Part shown: in pieces, positions 17,361 through 26,572 of the stretch | How positions within the stretch are numbered: the first letter of the stretch is position 1 | Layout: the number at the start of each line of letters is the position of its first letter | Origin: Mycolicibacterium smegmatis | GTDB taxonomy: Bacteria > Actinomycetota > Actinomycetes > Mycobacteriales > Mycobacteriaceae | Direction: 5' to 3' | DNA length: 32,000 bases | Assembly: GCF_001457595.1 (NCBI RefSeq) | Contig: NZ_LN831039.1 | Span: 2,850,001-2,882,000 of the forward strand | The notes under the pieces: generated by a model | Told to the model about the DNA's origin: nothing | Database searches by the model: none | Seen by the model: only the letters and a program-made list of their open reading frames with translations | Made by a program: the position numbers and the translations under genes

Positions 17361-18248
17361 ATGAATCGGGCGGACATCGCGGCCCTGCTCGCGCTCGGAG
17401 CGGCCCTGTGTATCGCCATCGGCGACGTCATCCACCAGCGGTCCGCCCACGACGTCACCGACGATTCCGTGAGCCACCTCGGCCTGTTCAAGCGGCTGTT
17501 GCGCGACGGCCGGTGGTGGCTGGGCAGCGGTGTCGCGGCGGCCGGCTTCGCCCTGCAGGCGGCCGCGCTCGGGCTCGGATCGGTGTTGCTGGTGCAGGCC
17601 CTGCTGGTCACCTCGCTGCTGTTCGCCCTGCCCATCAACGCTCGGTTGACCCGTCGTCGCGTGACCCGTTGGGAGTGGATGTGGGCCGCGCTGCTGGCCG
17701 GGGCGGTCGCGGTCATCGTGACCGTCGGCAACCCGACCGCCGGGCATGCGCGTGCGCCGTGGGAGGCCTGGACCCTGGTGCTGGCCGTGCTGGGACCTGC
17801 CGTGGCGGTCTGCCTCGTGGGAGCGCGGATCTTCACCGGCGCGCGCAGCGCGGTGCTGCTTGCGTTGGTCTCCGGGGCCCTGTGGGGCGTGTTCGCGGTG
17901 CTCACCAAGGGTGTGGTGAACCATCTGCTGGTCCACAGCTGGGGCGGGGTGTTCACGCTGCTGCGCGTGCCCGAGCTGTACGTCTGGATCCTGGTGGCGA
18001 TCGCGGGCACGGTGGTGCAGCAGTCGTCGTTTCGCGCCGGGGCGCTGACTGCATCGTTGCCGACCATGACGGTCACCGAACCGGTCGTGGCCTCGGTACT
18101 GGGCATCGTGGTGCTCGGCGAGACCCTGCGCCCGGGTGACGCGGGCTGGGTCACGCTCGTCGCGGCCATCGCCGTCATGGTGGCCGCGACCGTGGCGCTG
18201 GCGCGCGGTGAGGCCGCCGAAGAACCGGCAACCGTGCCCGCACACTAA
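17361..18248 (+). CDS. Polytopic membrane protein, DMT/EamA-like (Rv2729c-like), 295 aa
   Basis: Track ORF 16278..18248 trimmed to ATG 17361, preceded by GGAGG. About 9-10 hydrophobic helices. The upstream part of the track ORF is antisense to the DUF349 gene. Confidence 0.75.
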   Translation: MNRADIAALLALGAALCIAIGDVIHQRSAHDVTDDSVSHLGLFKRLLRDGRWWLGSGVAAAGFALQAAALGLGSVLLVQALLVTSLLFALPINARLTRRRVTRWEWMWAALLAGAVAVIVTVGNPTAGHARAPWEAWTLVLAVLGPAVAVCLVGARIFTGARSAVLLALVSGALWGVFAVLTKGVVNHLLVHSWGGVFTLLRVPELYVWILVAIAGTVVQQSSFRAGALTASLPTMTVTEPVVASVLGIVVLGETLRPGDAGWVTLVAAIAVMVAATVALARGEAAEEPATVPAH

Positions 18249-18257
18249 TTTGGTCAC

Positions 18258-18944
18258 GTGCTCAGCGCCATCGCGATCGTCCCCGCCGCACCCCTGCTGG
18301 TGCCCGAACTCATGGGTGCCGCGGCCGCCGAGATGGCGCCGTTGCGCGACGCGGCACTCGCGGCGGCCGCCGAGTTGCCCGCGCGCTGGGTGTCCGTCGG
18401 GACCGGCGCGGCCGACGCGACCTTCGGGCCGGACCAGTGCGGGACGTTCGCCGGATACGGCGCCGACGTCCCGGTGACGCTGGGACCTGTGACGAACATC
18501 ACCCCGGTCGAGCTGCCGCTGAGCGCCCTCGTCGCGGGCTGGTTGCGGGGCCGGGTCGCCCCGCAGGCAGTGGTGGACGCCCGGGTGTACGCCGCAGCGA
18601 CGCCCGCCGGAGATGCCGTGGAGATCGGCCGCGGGCTGCGCACCGAGATCGACGCGACCGCCGAACCGGTCGGCGTCCTCGTCGTCGCCGACGGCGCGCA
18701 CACCCTTTCACCGTCCGCGCCGGGCGGTTACCGGCCGGAGTCGGTGGCCGCGCAGCACGCGCTCGACGAGGCCCTGGCCTCGGGGGACGCTTCGGCGCTC
18801 GCGTCGTTGCCGGACGTGAGCGTGGGCCGGGTGGCGCACGAGGTGCTCGCGGGTCTGGCCGGGGCCGCGCCGCGCACCGCCCGCGAGCTGTACCGCGGGG
18901 CGCCGTACGGCGTCGGGTATTTCGTGGGTGTGTGGTTGCCGTGA
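18258..18944 (+). CDS. Conserved Ala/Val-rich protein of unknown function (Rv2728c-like), 228 aa; possibly a class III extradiol dioxygenase/MEMO-like fold
   Basis: Track ORF with a GTG start. The stop overlaps the miaA GTG start (GTGA). The fold guess rests only on the N-terminal pattern [18 protein letters not shown] and an internal [12 protein letters not shown]. Confidence 0.65.
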   Translation: MLSAIAIVPAAPLLVPELMGAAAAEMAPLRDAALAAAAELPARWVSVGTGAADATFGPDQCGTFAGYGADVPVTLGPVTNITPVELPLSALVAGWLRGRVAPQAVVDARVYAAATPAGDAVEIGRGLRTEIDATAEPVGVLVVADGAHTLSPSAPGGYRPESVAAQHALDEALASGDASALASLPDVSVGRVAHEVLAGLAGAAPRTARELYRGAPYGVGYFVGVWLP

Positions 18945-19849
18945 ACCGTCCTCTGGCCGTCATCGGGCCGACCGGCACCGGCAAGTCCGCGCTCGCGCTG
19001 GAGTTCGCCGAACGCGTCGGCGGTGAGATCGTCAACGCCGACGCGATGCAGCAGTACCGCGGCATGGACATCGGCACCGCCAAGCTGACGGTCGAGGAGC
19101 GCCGCGGGATCCCGCACCATCAACTCGACGTGCTCGACGTCGTCGAGACCGCGACCGTGGCGCGTTATCAGCAGGCCGCGGCCGCCGACATCGAGACGAT
19201 CGCCGCGCGCGGGGCGACTCCGGTCATCGTCGGCGGATCGATGCTCTACATCCAGTCGCTGCTCGACGAGTGGTCGTTCCCCGCCACCGATCCCGCGGTG
19301 CGTGCGAAGTACGAGGCGCGCCTGGCCGAGATCGGCGTCGCCGCGCTGCACGCCGAACTGGCCCGTGTCGACCCCGCGGCCGCGGCGTCGATCCTGCCGA
19401 CCGACGGCAGGCGCATCGTGCGCGCCCTGGAGGTCGTCGAGCTCACCGGCGAGCCCTTCGCGGCGTCGGCCCCCACCATCGGCGCACCGCGCTGGGACAC
19501 CGCGATCATCGGATTAGATTGGGACACAGCGGTTCTCGACGAACGTCTGGCGCAGCGAACCGACAAGATGTTCGCCGACGGGCTGGTGCGCGAGGTGGTC
19601 GACCTGCTGGAGCGCGGACTGCGTGACGGCGTCACGGCCGCGCGGGCGCTGGGATACGCGCAGGTGCTCGCCGATCTCGACGCCGGCGGCGACGGATCCG
19701 GCGCGCGTGAGCCCACGTTCATCGGCACCCGCCGGTACGTGCGCCGCCAGCGGTCGTGGTTCCGCCGCGACCATCGCGTGGTGTGGCTCGACGGCGCGTC
19801 CGAAGGGCTGGTGGACGACGCGCTGCGGGTGTGGCGAGCCGTATCCTGA
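18941..19849 (+). CDS. miaA: tRNA dimethylallyltransferase MiaA, 302 aa
   Basis: Track ORF trimmed to GTG 18941. Sequence [48 protein letters not shown] (P-loop plus the DSMQ/AMQ-Y motif). Confidence 0.92.
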   Translation: MNRPLAVIGPTGTGKSALALEFAERVGGEIVNADAMQQYRGMDIGTAKLTVEERRGIPHHQLDVLDVVETATVARYQQAAAADIETIAARGATPVIVGGSMLYIQSLLDEWSFPATDPAVRAKYEARLAEIGVAALHAELARVDPAAAASILPTDGRRIVRALEVVELTGEPFAASAPTIGAPRWDTAIIGLDWDTAVLDERLAQRTDKMFADGLVREVVDLLERGLRDGVTAARALGYAQVLADLDAGGDGSGAREPTFIGTRRYVRRQRSWFRRDHRVVWLDGASEGLVDDALRVWRAVS

Positions 19850-19853
19850 ACGG

Positions 19854-20729
19854 GTGATCTTCGCCAAAGGGCACGGCACCGAGAACGATTTCGTGGTGCT
19901 GCCCGACCTCGACGCAGCGCTGTCGCTGACCCCGTCCGCGGTGGCCGCGCTGTGCGACCGCCGCCGCGGTCTCGGCGCCGACGGCGTGCTGCGGGTGACC
20001 CGGGCCGGTGCGGCCCGGGCGGCGGGAGTGTTCGACCGGCTGCCCGACGGGGTGGCCGCCGGTGACTGGTACATGGACTACCGCAACGCCGACGGTTCGA
20101 TCGCCCAGATGTGCGGCAACGGCGTGCGGGTGTTCGCGCACTACCTGCGGGCCTCGGGTCTGGAGAGCGGCGACGAGTTCGTCGTCGGCTCGTTGGCCGG
20201 TCCGCGGCCCGTCGTCCTGCACGGATTCGACCCGGCACGCGCGACGACGGCCGAGGTCACCGTCGAGATGGGCAAGGCCAACCAGTTCGGCGCAGGAAGC
20301 GCCGTGGTGGGCGGCCGCAGCTTCGACGGCCTGGCCGTCGACGTCGGCAACCCGCACCTGGCGTGCGTCGGGATCAGCGCCGACGACCTTGCGGCCCTCG
20401 ACGTCGCCGCGCCGGTGTCGTTCGATCCTGCGTTGTTCCCCGACGGCGTCAACGTCGAGGTGCTCACGGCCCCGGTCGACGGCGCGGTGTCCATGCGCGT
20501 GCACGAACGCGGCGTCGGGGAAACTCGGTCATGCGGCACCGGAACGGTTGCGGCGACCGTGGCCGCGCTCGCCCACGACGGCGCCGACACCGGGACCCTG
20601 CGCGTGCGCATCCCCGGCGGCGAGGTGACGGTCACGGTCACCGAATCCACCAGCTACCTGCGCGGACCCTCTGTGCTCGTGGCCCGCGGCGAACTCGATC
20701 CACACTGGTGGCACGCTGTTGCCGGCTAA
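19854..20729 (+). CDS. dapF: Diaminopimelate epimerase DapF, 291 aa
   Basis: Track ORF trimmed to GTG 19854 ([18 protein letters not shown]). Two catalytic Cys contexts: QMCGNGVR and ETRSCGTG. Confidence 0.9.
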   Translation: MIFAKGHGTENDFVVLPDLDAALSLTPSAVAALCDRRRGLGADGVLRVTRAGAARAAGVFDRLPDGVAAGDWYMDYRNADGSIAQMCGNGVRVFAHYLRASGLESGDEFVVGSLAGPRPVVLHGFDPARATTAEVTVEMGKANQFGAGSAVVGGRSFDGLAVDVGNPHLACVGISADDLAALDVAAPVSFDPALFPDGVNVEVLTAPVDGAVSMRVHERGVGETRSCGTGTVAATVAALAHDGADTGTLRVRIPGGEVTVTVTESTSYLRGPSVLVARGELDPHWWHAVAG

Positions 20730-20774
20730 TTGGGGTGCGCGATACCCGTCGGCCGTGCCAACCTGGAAGTACAT

Positions 20775-22187
20775 ATGACCTATCCAGAGAATTCCGTCGC
20801 GCCCAGCACCGGTGAGCTGGCCCTCGAAGATCGCGCCTCACTGCGCCGTGTCGCCGGGCTGTCCACCGAACTCGCCGACGTCAGCGAAGTCGAATACCGC
20901 CAGCTGCGGCTGGAGCGCGTCGTGTTGGTCGGGGTGTGGACCGAAGGGTCCGCGGCCGACGCCGAGGCGAGCCTGGCCGAGTTGGCCGCGCTCGCCGAGA
21001 CCGCGGGCTCCGAGGTGCTCGAAGGCCTCATCCAGCGGCGCGACAAACCCGACCCCTCCACTTACATCGGCTCGGGCAAGGCCGCCGAGCTGCGCGAGGT
21101 GGTCCTCGCCACCGGCGCCGACACCGTGATCTGCGACGGCGAGCTCTCACCGGCACAGCTCAACGCGCTGGAGAAGGCCGTCAAGGTCAAGGTGATCGAC
21201 CGCACGGCGCTGATCCTCGACATCTTCGCCCAGCACGCCACCAGCCGTGAGGGCAAGGCCCAGGTATCACTGGCCCAGATGGAGTACATGCTGCCGCGGC
21301 TGCGCGGCTGGGGCGAATCGATGTCCCGGCAGGCAGGCGGACGCGCGGGCGGCGCGGGCGGCGGCGTGGGCACCCGCGGTCCGGGCGAGACCAAGATCGA
21401 GACCGACCGTCGCCGCATCCGTGAGCGGATGGCCAAGCTGCGCCGCGAGATCCGCGACATGAAGAAGATCCGCGACACCCAGCGCGGCAGCAGGCGACGC
21501 AGCGAGATCCCGTCGGTCGCGATCGTCGGCTACACCAACGCAGGCAAGTCCAGCCTGCTCAACGCGCTCACCGGAGCGGGCGTGCTGGTCGAGAACGCGT
21601 TGTTCGCGACGCTCGAACCCACCACGCGCCGTGGTGAATTCGAAGACGGCAGACCGTTCGTGCTGACCGACACCGTCGGGTTCGTGCGGCACCTGCCCAC
21701 ACAGTTGGTCGAGGCCTTCCGGTCCACGCTGGAGGAAGTGGTCGACGCCGATCTGCTGATCCACGTGGTCGACGGATCCGACGTCAACCCGCTGGCGCAG
21801 ATCAACGCGGTCCGCACGGTGATCAACGAGGTCGTCGCCGAGTACGACATCGCTCCGCCGCCGGAACTGCTGGTGGTCAACAAGATCGACGCGGCCACCG
21901 GGGTGGGGCTCGCGCAGCTGCGACGCGCGCTGCCCGACGCGGTGTTCGTCTCGGCGCGCACCGGCGACGGTCTCGACAAGCTGCGCTCGCGCATGGGGGA
22001 GTTGGTGGAATCCACCGATGCCACCGTCGACGTGACCATTCCCTACGACCGCGGTGACCTCGTCGCGCGCGTGCACACCGACGGTCATGTGGACGCGACC
22101 GAGCACACCGACGCAGGTACCCGCATCAAGGCGCGTGTGCCGGCACCGCTCGCCGCGACGTTGCGCGAGTACGCCACGTTCGCCTGA
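20775..22187 (+). CDS. hflX: Ribosome-associated GTPase HflX, 470 aa
   Basis: Track ORF trimmed to ATG 20775, preceded by GGAAG. HflX N-domain (IDRTALILDIFAQHATSREGKAQV), G-domain motifs GYTNAGKSSL, DTVGF and NKID. Confidence 0.92.
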   Translation: MTYPENSVAPSTGELALEDRASLRRVAGLSTELADVSEVEYRQLRLERVVLVGVWTEGSAADAEASLAELAALAETAGSEVLEGLIQRRDKPDPSTYIGSGKAAELREVVLATGADTVICDGELSPAQLNALEKAVKVKVIDRTALILDIFAQHATSREGKAQVSLAQMEYMLPRLRGWGESMSRQAGGRAGGAGGGVGTRGPGETKIETDRRRIRERMAKLRREIRDMKKIRDTQRGSRRRSEIPSVAIVGYTNAGKSSLLNALTGAGVLVENALFATLEPTTRRGEFEDGRPFVLTDTVGFVRHLPTQLVEAFRSTLEEVVDADLLIHVVDGSDVNPLAQINAVRTVINEVVAEYDIAPPPELLVVNKIDAATGVGLAQLRRALPDAVFVSARTGDGLDKLRSRMGELVESTDATVDVTIPYDRGDLVARVHTDGHVDATEHTDAGTRIKARVPAPLAATLREYATFA

Positions 22188-22207
22188 CAGACGTGCCCGT
22201 CAGGAGG

Positions 22208-23938
22208 TCAGGCCGCGTCCTTCGCGTCGGACGCCGCCTTGGTGTCCTTCGCGTCGGTGGTGGCCTTCTTCGGGTTCGAGCCGCCCTTGGCCGGGCGGTC
22301 GATGCCCAGCGCCTTGCTGACCGACTTCACGAGATCGCGGACCGGATGGCCTTTGATGCCAAGGGCTTTGCGCAGTGACGGCAGTTGGGCCTTGCCGGAG
22401 GTACCGGTGCCTGCCGTCATGCCCTCGTTCGGCTTGGCGATCGGGCTGATGCGGATCAGCGGCTTACCGTTCGCCTTCGGGGTCTCGACCGCGTCGGTGT
22501 CGGCGGGTGCGGTAACTTCGGGCGCCGCGGCCGCCGTGACATCGCCCGTGACCGTGCCCTGATCCGTGGGCTGGTCGGTGGGCTGGACCGGTTCGGTGCC
22601 CGTGTCGGTGGTCTTGACGTCGACTTTCGGGTCGACAGTCTTGACGTCGACTTTGTTGGTGTTCTTGCCGACGACGTCCGTGACGGCCTGGATGCGATTC
22701 TCGGTGTCACCGGTCTGAGGGGCCGGCGCCTGGACCGTCGCGGTGACCGTGGGGCCGGTCGACCCGGGCAGCGGCGTGAGGCCCGGCGTCAGTGCCGCGT
22801 TGATGCCTTCGGGGATGTCGTTGATGAGGTCGCTCACCAGCTTGACCAGATTGATGCGGGGGATCAGCCCGGCCGGGGTGGGCCTGCCGTAATTGGTCCG
22901 GTCGTAACCGGTTTCGATCAGGGTCTGGGTGAGCGGTGAGATCAGGTCGACGATCGGGATGATCAGCGCCGAGGTGCCCGTCGCGGCGCCGAGATCCAGC
23001 AGCGGCTGCATGATGGGCAGGGTCTTGGCGGGCAGCGTCACGTAGATCGTGTCGCCGTGGCGCTGGCAGTGGTTGGCTGCCGTGCACCCGTCGGGCGCAT
23101 TGGCGGCCTCGATCGCCATTTTCACCTCGTCCGGGGTGTAGCCGTACGGCGTCGCGGTCGGGGGCTCGTCGTCGTCGGGCGCCAGATACGTGCCGTGCAC
23201 GTACCAGAACCCGGCCAGGGCGTTCGCGGTCGCCAGCAGGTTCAGCGGGTACGCCGGGAAGTCGACGACGCCGTCGTACATCAACGCGAAGTCGGTGGCG
23301 CAGTGGGTGCCGTCGGAATGCTCACACGTGTCGGTGGGCGTCGGGTTACCGAAGGTCGCGTCGAGGATCGGCACCGTGCCGAGGAACGCGAGCCGTTCGA
23401 AGAAGCCGCCGTTGGGGCGCTGCGGGTTGCCGATGAAGAAGAAGTTCAGGTGATCGGCGTTGTCCGGGTTGTCGAGGTTGCCCTTGACGATGCTCGCCAC
23501 CGTCGCGCCCTGCGAGTACCCGAAGATCGAGATGTCGTCGGTGTCGGTGAAGTCGGGATTCACCAGCACGTTGTTGTACCGGGTGGTCAGGCTGGTGACG
23601 CCGCTGCCCACCGACACGTTCCACTTGGCGCCTTCGAGCCCGCCCCAACCTGGCAGCGGGATCGGCCAGAACTGGGCGATGTAGGGCACCGCGATGGGCG
23701 GTTCGCACCCGCCGACGCAGTCGCCACCCGGGACCAGGTAGTGGTTGACCGCGTTCTCCATGTAGTTCTGCACGACAGCCGGGTTGGGGGTGCCCGTACC
23801 CGGGACGATCAAGGCGTACGTGGCCACCAGGCGCACGGCCGACGAGATCGTCGACGCGAACGCGAGTGCCACGGTGCCGATCAGCACCACCAACGTGATC
23901 AGCAGTGTCCGAGAAACCGAACGTGCGTGAGTACCCAT
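22208..23938 (-). CDS. Secreted or anchored PE-PPE-domain serine hydrolase with a repetitive C-terminal tail, 576 aa
   Basis: Track ORF, ATG preceded by GAAGGAGA. N-terminal hydrophobic anchor or signal. The YALIVPGTGTP...ISIFGYSQGATVAS block (GxSxG nucleophile elbow) is typical of the mycobacterial PE-PPE C-terminal hydrolase domain. No PE or PPE N-domain is present. The last roughly 180 aa are Thr/Pro/Asp/Lys low complexity. Confidence 0.8.
   Translation of the reverse strand: MGTHARSVSRTLLITLVVLIGTVALAFASTISSAVRLVATYALIVPGTGTPNPAVVQNYMENAVNHYLVPGGDCVGGCEPPIAVPYIAQFWPIPLPGWGGLEGAKWNVSVGSGVTSLTTRYNNVLVNPDFTDTDDISIFGYSQGATVASIVKGNLDNPDNADHLNFFFIGNPQRPNGGFFERLAFLGTVPILDATFGNPTPTDTCEHSDGTHCATDFALMYDGVVDFPAYPLNLLATANALAGFWYVHGTYLAPDDDEPPTATPYGYTPDEVKMAIEAANAPDGCTAANHCQRHGDTIYVTLPAKTLPIMQPLLDLGAATGTSALIIPIVDLISPLTQTLIETGYDRTNYGRPTPAGLIPRINLVKLVSDLINDIPEGINAALTPGLTPLPGSTGPTVTATVQAPAPQTGDTENRIQAVTDVVGKNTNKVDVKTVDPKVDVKTTDTGTEPVQPTDQPTDQGTVTGDVTAAAAPEVTAPADTDAVETPKANGKPLIRISPIAKPNEGMTAGTGTSGKAQLPSLRKALGIKGHPVRDLVKSVSKALGIDRPAKGGSNPKKATTDAKDTKAASDAKDAA
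22612..22655 (-). repeat. Exact 17-nt direct repeat, 27 nt apart (encodes KVDVKT twice)
   Basis: gtcttgacgtcgacttt occurs at 22612-22628 and 22639-22655. The adjacent 12-nt unit encodes PTDQPTDQ. Confidence 0.8.
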
Positions 23939-24023
23939 CGGCCCGTGTCTCCTTCTGCCGAATCAGCAAAAGGAATCTTCGCACCAGAGGGCGATTGTCA
24001 CGTGGAAACGCGAAAAGTTTCCG

Positions 24024-26315
24024 TCAGCGCAACGTGCGGATCACCGGTGGCTCATGAGCCCGGACCGGTGGGACGGGTCCGGAAAACTTCTCGATCTCGA
24101 CGAGGACGTGCGCGCCCGTGCAACCCTTGGCCAGTGACGACGTGCCGACATCATCGGTGAGGACGTTCGGATTTCCGTGCAAACACAAAGAATCCGGATC
24201 GGCGGGATCGGCCGGGTCATACCATGCGCCGGTCGCGAGTTGCACCACGCGCGGCAGCACGCCGTCGTCGATCACCACCCCGGCCAGGCACGCGCCGCGG
24301 TCGTTGAACACCCGCACCACATCACCGTCGGTGAGGCCGCGGGCGGCGGCGTCCGACGGGTGCATGCGGACCGGTTCGCGCCCTTGGACTTTCGAGGACT
24401 GGCTGGTCGCGCCGCCGTCGAGCTGGCTGTGCAGCCTGCTCGCGGGCTGATTGGCCAGCAGGTGCAACGGATACCGGCGGGCGCGTTCGCCGCCCAGCCA
24501 TTCGGCCGGCTCGTACCAGCGGGGGTGGCCCGCACAGTCGTCGTAACCGAAGCTGTCGATGTCCTCGGAGAAGATCTCGATGCGTCCGCTCGGTGTGCCC
24601 AGCGGATGTGCCTGCGGGTCGGCGCGGAAGTCCTCGAACAGCGTCAGTCCGGTGTCGGTGGGCAGCTCCACGTGGCCCGCGGCCCAGAACTCGGCGAAGC
24701 TCGGGACCGCGAAATCCAGCCCGGCGGCCCACTTCTCGTACAGATGCACGAGCCATTCCCACGCAGTGCGGCCCTCGGTGAACTGCTCGCCGAAGCCCAG
24801 TCGTTCGGCGAGCGCCGAGAAGGTCGTGTAATCGTCGCGGGAGTCGGCGTACGGTTCGGCCAACTGCGGCATGGCCACCAGCAGCGGATCGTTATTTGAC
24901 CCCGAGAAGTCGTTGCGCTCGAACGACGTTGTCGACGGCACGACGATGTCGGCGTGCTTGGCCATCGCCGTCCAGTACGGATCGTGCACCACGATGGTGT
25001 CCACGCGGCCCAGCGCGCGGCGCAGCCGCGGGATGTTCTGGTGGTGGTGGAACGGATTGCCGCCCGACCAGTACACGCACTTGATGTCGGGGTAGGTGAG
25101 CCGTAAACCGTTGTAGTCGAACGGCTCACCGGGATGCAGCAGCATGTCGGTGACGGCCGCCACCGGGATGAACGTCCGCACCGGGTTGGGGCCCTGCGGC
25201 AGCGAGGGCAGGCGGCACCGCAGCGGCGCGAGTCCGGGTTCGTTCATCGAGCCGTAGCCGTGGCCGAATCCGCCGCCGGGAAGCCCGATCTGGCCCAGCA
25301 TCGCGGCCAGCGTGACACCCATCCACGGCGCCTGCTCGCCGTGGCGCGTGCGCTGCAGCGACCAGCTCACCGTGACGATGGTGCGCTCGGCGGCCATCCG
25401 GTGCGCCAGTGCCCTCAGGGTGTCGGCGCTCAAACCGCTGATGTGTGCCGCCCATTCGGGAGATTTCGCCACGCCGTCGTCGTGGCCGAGCAGATAGCGT
25501 TCGAAGCGTTCGTATCCCGTGCAGTGGGTGTCGAGGAACTCGCGGTCGGCCAGGCCCTCGGTGGCGAGCACATACGCCAGCCCGAGCATCACCGCGACAT
25601 CGGTGCCGGGACGCAGCGCCAGCCACTGGCAGTCGCCGTCGACGTCGTCACGCAAAGGACTGAACGACACGATGCGTCCGCCGCGGCCGCGGAAACGCCG
25701 CAGCGCGTCGCGCATCGGGTGCGCGGAGGTGCCGCCGTCGTTGATACCCGTGTTCTTCAGCGGCATCCCGCCGAAACACACCATCAGACCGGTGTGTTCG
25801 ACGATGACATCCCACTGGGTCGAGCGTTTGAACAGGTCGTCGTGTGTGCCGACCACGCGCGGCATGATCGCCCCGGTGGCGCCCAGGCTGTAGGAGTGGC
25901 GCGAAAAGGTGTAACCGCCAAGCATCTTCAAGAAGCGGTGCACCTGGCTCTGGGCGTGGTGGAACCGGCCGGCGCTCGACCAGCCGTAGGACCCGCCGTA
26001 GATCGCCTCGTTGCCGTAGGTGTCGACCACGCGCCGGAGTTCGGTTGCGAGCAGGTCGGTCAGCTCGTCCCAGGACACCGCGACGAACTCGTCGGCACCG
26101 CGCTCGGTGCTCGGTCCCGGGCCGTCACGCAGCCATCCGCGCCGCACGGCCGGGCCGGTGATGCGCGCGCGGTGCCGGATCGAACCGGGCATGTTCCCCA
26201 GCAGCGGTGACGGATCGGCGTCGTCGGGGGGTGGGTTCACGGCCGCGATGTCGCCGTCGACGATCTCAGCGGAGAAAACCCCCCAATGCGTGAGGCTCGT
26301 GGGGGAGTGCGGCAT
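24024..26315 (-). CDS. bisC: Cytoplasmic molybdopterin oxidoreductase, biotin/methionine sulfoxide reductase BisC family, 763 aa
   Basis: Track ORF. The N-terminus LTHWGVFSAEIVDGDI...DEFVAVSWDELTDLL...YGGSYGWSSAGRFHHAQSQVHRFLKMLGGYT is collinear with E. coli BisC as remembered. No Tat leader and no N-terminal 4Fe-4S Cys group. Confidence 0.85.
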   Translation of the reverse strand: MPHSPTSLTHWGVFSAEIVDGDIAAVNPPPDDADPSPLLGNMPGSIRHRARITGPAVRRGWLRDGPGPSTERGADEFVAVSWDELTDLLATELRRVVDTYGNEAIYGGSYGWSSAGRFHHAQSQVHRFLKMLGGYTFSRHSYSLGATGAIMPRVVGTHDDLFKRSTQWDVIVEHTGLMVCFGGMPLKNTGINDGGTSAHPMRDALRRFRGRGGRIVSFSPLRDDVDGDCQWLALRPGTDVAVMLGLAYVLATEGLADREFLDTHCTGYERFERYLLGHDDGVAKSPEWAAHISGLSADTLRALAHRMAAERTIVTVSWSLQRTRHGEQAPWMGVTLAAMLGQIGLPGGGFGHGYGSMNEPGLAPLRCRLPSLPQGPNPVRTFIPVAAVTDMLLHPGEPFDYNGLRLTYPDIKCVYWSGGNPFHHHQNIPRLRRALGRVDTIVVHDPYWTAMAKHADIVVPSTTSFERNDFSGSNNDPLLVAMPQLAEPYADSRDDYTTFSALAERLGFGEQFTEGRTAWEWLVHLYEKWAAGLDFAVPSFAEFWAAGHVELPTDTGLTLFEDFRADPQAHPLGTPSGRIEIFSEDIDSFGYDDCAGHPRWYEPAEWLGGERARRYPLHLLANQPASRLHSQLDGGATSQSSKVQGREPVRMHPSDAAARGLTDGDVVRVFNDRGACLAGVVIDDGVLPRVVQLATGAWYDPADPADPDSLCLHGNPNVLTDDVGTSSLAKGCTGAHVLVEIEKFSGPVPPVRAHEPPVIRTLR

Positions 26316-26572
26316 ACCGCGAGTTTACGGTCGCCCGTCGGGCGTCGTGCGTCCACCGTGACGCCGCCGATTCCGGCTCATCCGGGCGCACGTAACCTGG
26401 ACTGCTGTCTGCGCGGATTTCCTTCTGCAGCCGATTTTCGGAAGTATTACACCGAATTTGTCCGAGTTTTTTGGTCAAGATCGGCGATGGTCCTTTGTAA
26501 TCGGAGCTTGCTGACGCAGAGTTGTCGGCGAGATAGATTTCGGGGAGCTTTGCCGAGCTAGCGGGAGGGTGC

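Noticed and set aside
22183-22204. Short hairpins at gene ends: CCTGAC-N10-GTCAGG after hflX, and GGAAAC-N7-GTTTCC at 24004-24022 after bisC
   Set aside because: They have 6-bp stems, no U-tract, and one of them includes the stop codon. This is insufficient to annotate as terminators.
26522-26546. TTGTCGGCG upstream of the LGFP gene, resembling the RecA-NDp -35-like element
   Set aside because: The only TAnnnT nearby (TAGATT) is 3 nt away instead of the required 8. The hexamer at the correct spacing is TTCGGG. It does not fit the motif.
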